A DNA stretch of 58,276 nt, filler included, from Callorhinchus milii (lineage: Eukaryota): NCBI RefSeq assembly GCF_018977255.1. It is 2 parts of 2 records of this genome, joined end to end, with 100 filler letters (N's around TTAATTAATTAA, not from the genome) between each part and the next. Parts side by side here need not be neighbours in the genome. Positions count along the whole stretch, not along the records: positions 1 to 29,095 come from NW_024705657.1; 1 more part is not named here. One strand, given 5' to 3'. Shown here piece by piece: positions 1 to 10,370 of the stretch. The notes under the pieces are model-generated. The model was not told where the DNA came from, did not search any database, and was given only the letters and a program-made list of their open reading frames with translations. Positions within the stretch are counted from its first letter, which is position 1. The number at the start of each line of letters is the position of its first letter. The position numbers and the translations under genes are program-made.

Positions 1-166
1 AACAATCATCACGGGCAATAGTTTCCACAGAATGTTCTATTGTAAAGATCTGGATGCCCATAATCTGGACACATTTTATTGCAGCACCCATAATGGGTAA
101 CTGGAATGGCAACTTCCAATCAGCTCACAGACATAATTCATGAGATTGCCTGATATCATTCTGTCT

Positions 167-2256
167 TCATTGGTAATGAATGGCGACTTCATTTGCCTGC
201 ACGAGTGGGATATGGCATGACGTGATGGTGGAGAGATGGAGTGATGGTGTTGGGAGATGGTGTTGTGATACGGAGAGGTGAAATTGTGGAATGTTCTGGA
301 GAGACGGTGCCTTGTGATGGTATTGACGCTTTATGAGGCTCTATGATATTGTATTGATTCTCGATTTGAAGCTTTCGTGACTGCAAGCATTCATACTCAC
401 GTACGTGACTTTACCGAAAAAACCTAAGAGTATATTGTATTGAGTTGGTGGTGGTGTGGTGTGATGAGAAAGGTGATGTGAGGTGTAGCAATGTTTTGGT
501 GCAATGGTGTGGGAGTGTGGAGAGAATGTGGTGTTTGACTCCCATAGACCCCATACACACCTTTGGGGAACGATTTTCATAGCTTTGGCCTGGGAAAGGG
601 TCCACTTCATCCATAATGTCCCCCCACGTGGTCGACTGGCGCCATGACTCCCGGGCTACGGAAAACAAAATTAATTCAAAGGACGAGTCATGTATTAGAG
701 AACGAAGCACGTGGATATTCACACAACTAATTCTGAGATTCTTGTAATTACCTCTTAACACATAACATGACCTGCTGTTGAGAAACATTAGTCACATGGC
801 AGTAAAACATTACAAGTAATATTTTTGTAAGCATGTTGAGATCATCAATTTCATAAAGTTGAGACCCCAAATTAAACCAATATGGCTGAAACGCAGCTCT
901 AAATCCATGTTGTCTGCCACCCTTGACCGTTTACCTCTTCCCATCACCACCAAGCCACGTCCACTAAAAATAATTAATCAGGGAGCTGCCTCCTCTGCAT
1001 AAAAACCACGTGCTGCAGGTATTTGGGATAATTGTTTTTTTACCCTTCTATCTGGCAACACAACTGACACCTTTTTACAAGGAGTCATGTTTGCATAGAC
1101 CACAATACCTGCAGTCATAATACAAACAAAAGACATAACTCTGATAATGTGCACTGTCCTTGAAGTTGATTGGTCCACACCCGAGACAGCTTTCCTTAGA
1201 GCCTAGTCTCACATGGGTTGGACCAGATGACGCCAAAAGGCGCACAACTCAAAGACAATGCACCATCAGAGTATGAGAGCATAAGGTATTTGGGACTTAC
1301 CATCATAGTCCTCCAAGATCTCAGCCCACTTGCGTTGTCTGTCCATGTTGTTGGGAAGGAATAGTTTCTGTTTGATGTTGGAGGGCCTGGGGAGGTTGTA
1401 AAAACGCTCAGATTTATCAGCCTTTTGAATCACTCATCCTCTCAATTATTACAAATTTGATCACTCGCTGTACCAATCAAATCACTTTCGTGCCGTTTGT
1501 TTTACAAGTCCACTCACTCGCTTGTTTGCCCACTCACGCGTGCGTCAGATCACTCACTCATCCACCCACGCGAACATGTTTATTCCAACTGCCTATTGCA
1601 TTAAACATAATCGCCAGACAAAACCGTGATGTTTAACCTCTAATCCAGACAAGCATGTTGATGCACAGCCCATTTGTATTAATCGACTGTTTGATAAAGG
1701 CCCCCCTATGTCTTGTAGGTCATTGGGGTCAAATGACCATACTTAAATCATTTGTTATAACCCGAGAATGACGTCGTAGGTCACTTGATGTCAGAGGTAC
1801 CGCCCATGTGGCTGTGACATCACAGATAGGAGACGTCTATGGCAGCAGCTCGGGTCTGAACTAAAAGGCAGACTCCTCCCCCGTGTTGGATAACATTCAA
1901 TACATGCAATGCAGGGCACAATTATGCAGGCAATCAGAACACAATAATTATAGACATGTTAATCATATTACATGAGATTTAAACAGGTTAGTTATGAACG
2001 TTTTAAATGTTAACTTGCTTTGGGTCTAAACAATGACAGTAACAGCAACATATCAGAGCATGCCAAGTAATCTAACTAATAGTCCTAATTTGGTTGCAGA
2101 AAATCCAAATAGCAACATACACAAAAATAATGAAGCTTTAGTTTGTAGTCAAAACGTGCAATAAAAATAAACAACACACATCGTCAACAGGGACGCTCAC
2201 CTCGTTGACGATTCGCTCTGCAAAGGCTTCTTCTGCTGCTGCTCACTCGTGTGCAT
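167..2256 (-). CDS. Predicted 4-exon gene for a novel 88-aa protein, copy 1 (exons 2256-2201, 1386-1301, 655-561, 196-167): MHTSEQQQKKPLQSESSTRPSNIKQKLFLPNNMDRQRKWAEILEDYDARESWRQSTTWGDIMDEVDPFPGQSYENRSPKANEVAIHYQ*
   Basis: Read by hand on the minus strand. Donors are AG|GTGAGC, G|GTAAGT and AAG|GTGTGT; acceptors are ctccccAG, ttttccgtAG and tcgtgcAG. Phases 2/1/0 all join in frame. AATAAA lies at 75-80 and a promoter-like motif cluster lies upstream. The same frame and splice sites are kept in copy 2. Confidence 0.7.
346..443. mobile_element. Short Penelope-like element remnant with an inversion junction, in intron 3
   Basis: The minus strand has ...gcagtcaCGAAAGCTT, a hammerhead 3'-half-like PLE motif. 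It joins through the palindrome TCACGTACGTGA (397-408) to a plus-strand tail tacgtgactttaccgaaaaaacctaagagtatattg, which is shared with 4814-4853. ATATTGTATTGA flanks both sides (346-357, 432-443). Confidence 0.5.
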
Positions 2257-2286
2257 TCCTCTCGACTGCGGGTGGAGGCGTGGCTA

Positions 2287-2384
2287 TGACGTAACAGAGG
2301 TGACGTCACTACAGCGAGGCTCCGCCCCCACGCGCTTGGCGGGCGCACCACGTGGTGCAGTGCGGGTGGTGTGCGTCACCGGAA
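2287..2384 (-). promoter_or_regulatory. CpG-rich promoter of the small gene, copy 1
   Basis: TGACGTAA 2287-2294, perfect CRE TGACGTCA 2301-2308, GC box CCGCCC 2322-2327, E-box CACGTG inside the 14-bp palindrome GCACCACGTGGTGC 2345-2358, and ETS-like ACCGGAA 2378-2384. All lie 30-130 bp upstream of the ATG at 2256. Confidence 0.6.
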
Positions 2385-2879
2385 ACAGCAGAGCCCTCGG
2401 TTCGACATTAAACATTTGCCCCCTCGCTTTGTGCTGTCTTTGATGTCGCCGTTACTGCGGCGAGGACTGAAGCGATGCCTGGCCATCAGGCCTGGCATAT
2501 ACCTAGGCCTCAGGCTTCATACTGTTTCGTAGTTATTTTTTGTTTAATAGGAATTATTAACTTGCATTTCATTAATTACATTTCAAGCGTATAAACACCA
2601 TCCCATTGGTTTATTTACTTTTAAATTCAGGTTTTTATTAAGAGTTTTTGGTCTGTAGTTATATTTAAGTGAGTGAGGTGGTTGTACTAAGTGTGAATTT
2701 GAGTTCCATGTAAATTATTATTGTGTAAAGGATTTGTCTGTGTGCACCTATCCTGGCAGTGGTAATATGGGCTTTTTATGATTAAGTTGTTAATGAGATT
2801 GTTTATTTGTGTGTGTCTGTTATCTATGTCTGTGTCAGGTTACATATCTATGTTTGTAGCTGTGTGTATTTGTTAATTT

Positions 2880-3245
2880 ATGATGGGTGGTGATGATGCT
2901 GTTTCTTGATAATGGATGGTGGTGATGATGATGGGTGGTGATTATGAAGGGTGGTAATGATGATGGTTGGTGATGATAATGTGTAGTGATTATGATGGGT
3001 GGTAGTAATGATCATGGGTGGTGGTAATGATTGGTGAGGTTATGATGATGGGTGGTGATGATGATGGGTTGTTGTGATTATGGGTGTTGATGATGATGGA
3101 TGATTGGTGGTGGTTATGATGAATGTTGGTTGTGATGGTTGGGTGGTGGTGGTGGTGACGATGGTTGGTGATGGTGAGTTGATAGTGATAATGATGATTG
3201 GTGATGATAATGGGTGTTGATGCTGATGATTATGGGTGGTGATGA
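2880..3245 (+). repeat. Degenerate (GAT/GGT)n low-complexity tract
   Basis: Runs of tgatgggtggtgatgatg; paralog at ~12840-13215. Confidence 0.9.
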
Positions 3246-3269
3246 GTAAATGAGCCACCACCCAATACA

Positions 3270-4000
3270 TAACAGCAACAGAAGTAACTACAGCAGCAAC
3301 AATAACAGCAGCAGCAACAACACATTTTGAGGGCGACGCAACTACTTCTGATTCTGCTGTTTCTGCTGCTCGACTATTTGTAGCCAGGCCCTGCTCTCGC
3401 GGGACCCCACAAATCTTTGGAAATGATTGCGATGATCATGTCTGAGCTGAGAATTAAGTGACTAAACGTTACTTTGTTTAACCATGACTGTGTGTAGGTT
3501 AGTATCTGGGGGCTCAGCGAATACTATTCATGAAAGAACTCGCACTCCTTTATGACCGACATTGTACTAATTTTGGTTGATCGAGACGAACAAGGCACGT
3601 GCAGACGAACTTTTATTTCCAATATTGTCCTTAAATTTGATGCTAAAATAAACGTTAACACTGGATTAAACATGCACCTCTTAACCTCTGCCTCGCATTT
3701 ACGACTAACAATTTGCATTTACACTTAACATACAGTCAAGCACAGTAAAATGCTAATACGACAATATTGTTATTCTAGGAATTTGAATTCGATTCTAACC
3801 CTGCACCCCACCCCAGTTTGCATATCCAACCCCCGGTTCGATGGAACGTTCGCTTTACATACATATGAGCAGAGTGCGATTATAATACTTCTAATGAGAT
3901 TTGAATACCGTACCTCCGTTTATGGTGTAATGAATTAGAAAACCAGTTTATAGTCATTTAATGTTGAGTGATATCGTTTATAATGATACAGCTGAAGTCA
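3270..4000. repeat. Dispersed host repeat family of unknown class; related segments at ~13230-13880, ~14490-14960, ~15560-15980, ~18200-19030 and ~24110-24940
   Basis: Shared blocks such as tttggaaatgattgcgatgatcatgtctgagctgagaatta, taattttggttgatcgag and aaaccagtttatagt...aatgtt.agtg..atcgtttata, plus GATTCTAAT modules. Confidence 0.8.
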
Positions 4001-4004
4001 TAGA

Positions 4005-4852
4005 GGTGAAACGGCTGCAGTGTGTATGAATACAGATAGGGCGTCGCCGTTGGTTCGTCCACCCATCCCGCCTCAAGACTTATGTCCGTCCCCACCCAGA
4101 CAGCTCATCCCCATGTCCTGTACAGCCCAAGTCTGGTGTGTCCGACGTGGTGGGGCGCTCGGCAACGGAAACCGTATTCCAAAGGAAATGTGTTGTGGCG
4201 CCCACAGTTTCTGAGCCCCTGATGCCCGGGGTGCCTCACGGATCCGCCACGTTCGAGGTACCGGTGCCTGGAGCCTGGTCATATTCTTCAAAAGAAGTCA
4301 GGGACCTGCCTAATCCTTCAAGGCTGTGGTGCGAGCCCTTGACGCCCCGAAATGCACAAGATTTCACCATGGGCGCGGGACGGGCGTCGAGAACCAGGTC
4401 AAAATGCGCAAGGTTGCGCTTGTAGGCTCCACGCCCAATATCAATGCTGTATATTATTAATTCTGACCTTACTCCCTCCCTTTGATGCTGCTAATCCTGC
4501 ATAATGCACGGGCATAATGACTTTAAACCCCTCGCCAAACCTCCTACGCATTTCACAAGTAGTGCTAATCGCATATCTGCATTTCCCATAAATATGCTAA
4601 ACTCCTCTTGATATGCAAATTATTTTGTCAAGACGCTCTTCGCCCCTCCATCGCAGCAGCATAAATAGTCGCTCCAAGCCTGGAGCGTGACATTCAGACT
4701 CTGTCTACTTGACGGACCTGTTCTCCACCTGAGGACGGCTGCTTGCGTTGTGGCCGAAACGTCGTGAGAATTATTTTATTATGTTTTATTTTTATTATTT
4801 TATTACTTCCCTTCTACGTGACTTTACCAAAAGAACCAAGAAGATGTATATT
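4005..4852 (+). mobile_element. Non-autonomous Penelope-like or retrozyme-like insertion with a pLTR
   Basis: GC-richer block interrupting host-repeat sequence. It contains octamer ATGCAAAT 4613-4620, TATA-like ATAAATAG 4661-4668, Inr-like CATTC at 4691, the hammerhead motif 4721-4770 and an AT-rich tail. No RT ORF was seen; boundaries are approximate. Confidence 0.55.
4721..4770 (+). ncRNA. Minimal type I hammerhead ribozyme (PLE-type)
   Basis: Stem I is UUCU(C)CAC 4721-4728 with GUGAGAA 4764-4770. Core CUGAGGA 4729-4735 is followed by an extra C. Stem II is GGCUGC 4737-4742 with GUGGCC 4750-4755, then GAAA 4756-4759. A palindromic ACGU forms the minimal stem III, and the GUC cleavage triplet is at 4761-4763. 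Confidence 0.75.
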
Positions 4853-5446
4853 GCTATTCGGTTCCATTGAGATGGAACATTCTACCAGCAGTGGGCAGCT
4901 TGATTCTAATACGACCATGGTGCGATTTTAATAATTTTGATGCGATTCTAAATCTGGCACCACCCAGGCCGCATTTACGACTCCCGATGTGCATCAACAT
5001 ATAACATACATTCTAGCTCAGTGTAATTCTAATACTATCATAGTGTTATTCTAATCATTTTTATCCGATCATAATCCTGCACCCCCCATTCGCATATCCG
5101 ACCACCGGTTCGCATGTCCAAAGGCCATAGATGCATATTACATGCATACGAGCACAGTTCGCTTGCACGTACACTATTATACACGAAATTCTCAGTTTTT
5201 TTTAAATGAACGTAGTTTTTCACATCATATGAAATGCAATTATGTTATAATATGTGATTGTTATACACTTTATCTGTTTACATAGCGTATATAGCTATTC
5301 GATTCAATTAACATGACATTCATCCAACAGTGGACAGTTTATTCTAATACGACTACAGTGGGATTTTAATCATTGTAATGAGATTCAAATCTTGCATATC
5401 CTACCCCCGGTTCGCATTCACTTAACATTTATTTTGTTCAAAACTA

Positions 5447-5476
5447 NNNNNNNNNNNNNNNNNNNNNNNNNNNNNN
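5447..5476. other. Assembly gap (30 N)
   Basis: Run of N. Confidence 1.
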
Positions 5477-8400
5477 ACGGCCGGTTGTTCCGAGCAACGT
5501 GCGGGACGTTCAGCATGATTGCATGCTGTATCATATCCCCACAAAAGATCGATCGGCCCAGCGGCGAGTACTCAGATGCGACGGCCTACCCTACCTCAGC
5601 CGGACGTTGCTTAAAGATCATTACGCAGTAGCGGTAGCTTTTGAAGGCACACGTTCTCGTATGCACTTCGCGGTGTATAGCAACCTCACTGTGCGTCGAC
5701 CGGTAGGAAACGTATTTTAACTATCACTGACGTTCGAGTAATAGACAGCTGTGTCGTCAACTAGGCTAGTCGAATCGGTGATCACAATGTTGTCCGCTAG
5801 TCCAAAAAGCCGTCTCCATTGAATTCTTTGGTCGCCAGGAATCAATTGCGCGAGAAAGTGGGCGCACGGATGCAATCCTGATCTCCGAGTGATCTTAGCA
5901 TGCTCATTCAATTCCAAAACCCCCGTAACGGAGTAACAACAGGCAGCATGCGTATGGAGGTACGTGTGTTAACAGCGCATGGAGCGTAGGCTCTTTACGA
6001 GATGGCAAGTGTAGCCACATAAGATCTTATAAAGTGTTACGTACGGGCCGTAAAGTTATTGGAGCACTTCTTTCAACTATGTCGGGCTGTCTTTACTATC
6101 TGTTAACCTATTATACTCGGCTGGACGATCAGGATCGTGTTACCCTGAGTTCATGCACAGATGGGGGGAGGTGCTATCGAGGGTATTACGGCACATTCCC
6201 TCTCAAATCACGGAGTCAGCTAAGCACGACTACTGAAAACGGTGGACATGATCATTCAGTCGCGTTCCAATGTTCCCGCTGAGGAGACAAATCATGATGG
6301 CCCGCGTTTAAGTTACCGGTGACATGACTCATTCATGTCATCAGCGTCATCCGACATGGCGGTAATCGAAAATTAATTGGGTACCCCCGGCCGTTCCCAA
6401 GAAGCTCGGCCACACATTTGTTGGTTCGGACCACGGACGATTAGCTTTACGTTCCGGAGCCGAAGGTGGGGCGGGTAAGCTGGCTAGCTGCCCAGGAATA
6501 GTTTCGTAATTACCCCGTGATGACCACCTGCCGGCTGACGCGTGCGGAGGGTCGAGTAGGAACAAGTGTAGGCACCCTCGCAGTGTAAAAGATCTCCGTG
6601 GGGGCCTCGAGACTATCCCGGAGAAGGCCGAACGCGGTTAGAAGCTGAGCTCAAGAGTACTACTCCGGCGATACGATTCCCAACACTAGCTAAGAGCACT
6701 TCGACGGAGCTAAGCTCATGTTCTACGGGCCAGCTACTTTCGGAAGGAATCGTAGGGATAAGGCCATATGGACAATTCATCATACCTCTATATCTTGCCA
6801 GATTGTTCTTCCCGTCACGGTGGGGTAGGAATGCCGGCAGACGCAGTCATCCCCAAACCACTGGAGGCAATCAGGATTTAATGCGGTCGATGATCCATTT
6901 TCGTGGCTTTCGAGCGGTAAGTTTTTACAGAAGTCTCGTATGGTAAGTGAGCCATACTACTAGTGATAGTGACGGGCAGGGTAGGTGGGTCCAACAAGGT
7001 AGTAGCGGCAAGGTTCTCTCAAGCACGTGCGGACACGAGTTCAAGAGTGTGGAGTAATGTTTACGTCCTAGTTGCAGTCATGTCATATGCATAAAAGCAT
7101 GAACCAAAAAGCTAACTGCCGATGAATCTACACGGGAGAGCACGCTCGATGCGAGAGTTATCGTATTGGGTCAGGTGGGGATACTTTCTTGACCATCTTG
7201 GTCGAGTAAACCAGCAGCCAGTTACGAACGCTTACTGACATTACATGTCGGGCTACAGTCGGCCACGGGGCCCTGCCACTGCACATGCCTTCCTCAGCTC
7301 GTGCAGTTGCCACAACTAAATGCGAGGTCAGGCAAAATAATAACTGCGGCCAAGCTAAAGCGCCGGATATCAGATATGAGCGTCTTATGGGTAGATACGC
7401 CGGGCTTGTTATCCGTCGCTGATGCTAACGCGAGTGCCTTAGTGGATTGGGACCACTCGGAATGCACTATAGCAATGGGACACGAGCGGGTTTAGGCGTG
7501 CCTAGATCCACCTAGCAGCAGAAAGTTACCTCGGCGGCATTAACCATGGTCAACAACGACAGAATTCTCAGCTGTACCAGCCGCTGACAGTTGGAGTCTG
7601 AGTTCCAGCGTTCGAGAGGGGCGCCATCAATATCTCCTGGAAAGAGACTGCATTTTCTTTCGCTACTCATGCCGCTTCTGATAGCAGCTTCGCATCATGA
7701 CCCAAGATCGGGTCCGCGGCTAAGTTCCCCCGGTATAATCACCCGCTGGTGAAAATCGCCTACGCACGCAACTCCGGCTAGGGAGGTTCATTTCATGCTC
7801 TACGCAATTGTAGTGCTTCAGCTGAACGCCCGCGGTTTTAGTATTGGGGGGATACTTTTGTGTTCGCCGATGGCTAGGAGTAAGGTAACCTCGATTCAGT
7901 TCATATAATTAGGACTCGATAAGAAATACTCGGCCCTTTGCACTAATAAAGGCTGGCTTCGTCATGCATCCGACCACGGTGAATGGATCCGGGTATGCTT
8001 AAGCGTGATCATATTACAACTGCCGTGGTAACGATCGGCTCATGTCGAGAAAAACCGACCACACCTTAAATCGATATTGTCCGCTGCATCCTAAAGCCAA
8101 CACATGGCAGGCGCTGTAAGGTCTTTGTGAGCGTTATAGCCAGAGGAGTTAATCGTTAAGGTGAGTTAGATTGTAACGAAATACTGCCAGCAGTCTATCC
8201 GGATGTGAAATGCACACTAGGAATATCGTTGTTTATAGGGCGGGGCGTAAAAGCACTATGAATCTCGCAAGACAGTACGTACAAGTGAGGGACGAGACGG
8301 GTCGACTTATTTAAGTGGCTCTGACTTGGGGTGATAGGGTGCCCCTGGAACACAAGGGTCAATCTGGTATATGCACCCCATCGAAATTTTAGAGAACCTA

Positions 8401-9995
8401 GAGCCACACTAAGTCCGCCCAGCGATGTACACTAGTCTCGGGGGAGGATAGTCCTATTCTGGATCGTTTGCTCCGTGGACGAATAGGAATCGGTACGAAA
8501 TCTTAGAGATAACAGCCTAGGATCATTGGGGTCGTAAACAGTGGGACGATCCCGCCCATAGTCGTGACGCAATAGGTGGCAGAGATAGAGATGTCCGGTG
8601 AGGAGAGAGTCATGAAACCGCGGACTTAAAGCTACCAGTCGTCCTGTATACACCTCGGGGCCTACATGTCTGTCCGGAAGGTGTATCGCGCTTGCTTGAG
8701 CTGGCACAGGTAGTCTGGTGATCTAGAAGCATCTGCAATCCAGCTCGCGACATAACCTCAGGAGTGGTGTATTATCGATAAAAGGCACGAATAGCACAGT
8801 TATATTGACTGCCGGGCAGGACAAACGAGAAGTGATTTAGAAGACAATCAATTAAGTCAGCAACGTGGCTTGGTCCATAAGCTTGCATGTCTTGGCCTAT
8901 GTCCATACAGTGGGGTCCAGACGGGAGAGACTTAACCCTCGACCATGCCAAGCCAGAGCTCCAGCCACGGATCTATCTACGCGGGCGTGGACCATTGCGG
9001 TAGTGCCATTCCGACGCCGGATATAGTCACGAATAAACGTGTAGTAAGACCGGCCGGCCCCCCTCCACGCCCGGAGATCCTGCCAGGTGCCGGTTCTTAA
9101 TAGAAGGTTAGAGGGGGACAACACCGAGTGCCATCGAGGCGTGCATACGTGGTACCAGATAAGACAACGTATTGGACACATCCTGAGGCACCAGTAACGA
9201 CTTCGGTGCAAGTCTGGAGTTGGGCCACCTGCGTTCGATTCAAAATAGCGCCTACCATAGTTATAGAAGTCATGACGTGCCTCGGGTCTGTTGTGCCTTC
9301 GTTTGGGCTGCCTAGTGTAGGATGGATTAGACGATTGATTGACATTTAGTATTCCCTTACCCACCACTACACAAAAGATCTCGAGGGTTAAGCCCTTGCT
9401 TGGATCGCCGCAACCGTTTAAAAGCAAGAGCTCCCGCACTGTCAAGGGTTCCAGCGAGCGGTAGGGGACACTTTCCCAGGCCTCCCAGAAACGAACAACA
9501 ACTTACGAAGCATTCGCCACAACATGTAGTTTAATTCCCGAGAGGTAATATCTTCCGGCTCGAGCCATAACGGATCAAGGTCGACTCTGCCTGAACTCGC
9601 TCAGTATCTATATATTGGACCAACCCCTAAGAGGCGTGCTGGGCCAAGCTTAGGACTGAGCAGCGTCGCGTCAGCAAGGGGCTAACTGGGAAATACGAAG
9701 AGAAGAGGGCGATCCGCTGCGACGTAGAGTTCAGATCGAGCGACGTCCTGCGCCGCTGTCGAGTCACGACATACGGGAGTTCCCCTCAGTGCCCTTTTTC
9801 CGAGAACAACTTAGACACATTATACCTTCTTTACTGGCGCATACGTGCCTACACACTCTGCCAAACGAGTGTGGAGAGTACAGTATGTCGGCCAGGGGCG
9901 TAAATCCTGGCCGTCAGTTCAATCAGGTCCAGTGCGTATGCACGTTCATTCAACAGAGGGGCTATGAGCCGCCCTATCTGTCCGGGGCCATGGAC
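5477..9995. other. ~4.5-kb compositionally featureless block, probably synthetic or random filler or a sequencing control (right edge approximate)
   Basis: Roughly equal base usage, with frequent CG, TA and CTAG. I found no long homopolymers, microsatellites, repeats or credible ORFs. It starts exactly at the N gap and contrasts sharply with the AT-rich repetitive flanks. Confidence 0.65.
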
Positions 9996-10370
9996 GGGCA
10001 CATAGACAAACAAAAATGCATACTGGCACATCTATGTACGGATGCAAGAATGCACATTAACTCATGCAAACATGCTAGCACACGTATGAATATACACTAT
10101 CACCTAATGTTATCAAAATACATGTTACATCCTCATATTCTCACAAATTCAATACACGCACTTAATGCAGTGATAGTCTACAACGATTTCATGGCGATTG
10201 TTGGCAACAATCATCACGGGCAATAGTTTCCACAGAATGTTCTATTGTAAAGATCTGGATGCCCATAATCTGGACACATTTTATTGCAGCACCCATAATG
10301 GGTAACTGGAATGGCAACTTCCAATCAGCTCACAGACATAATTCATGAGATTGCTGATATCATTCTGTCT

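Larger units (their letters stand above)
1..3810 (+). repeat. Segmental duplication, copy 1 (paralog at 10206-13780)
   Basis: Position 1 (aacaatcatcacgggcaatag) matches 10206. The copies are near-identical and colinear to about 3810/13780, apart from a few indels. Confidence 0.95.

Noticed and set aside
935..963. Possible extra 29-nt exon in the small gene
   Set aside because: It would introduce a stop or frameshift, its donor is absent in copy 2, and exons 2 and 3 already join in frame without it.
3040..3270. His/Thr/Ile-rich ORFs (also 12969-13247)
   Set aside because: Translation of the (GAT/GGT)n tract.
6320..6340. Hairpin TGACATGA-ctcat-TCATGTCA
   Set aside because: A single 8-bp stem is expected by chance in 4.5 kb.
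8897..9445. 182-aa ORF in the featureless block
   Set aside because: Non-ATG start and no recognisable motif; the length is attainable by chance in ~50% GC sequence.
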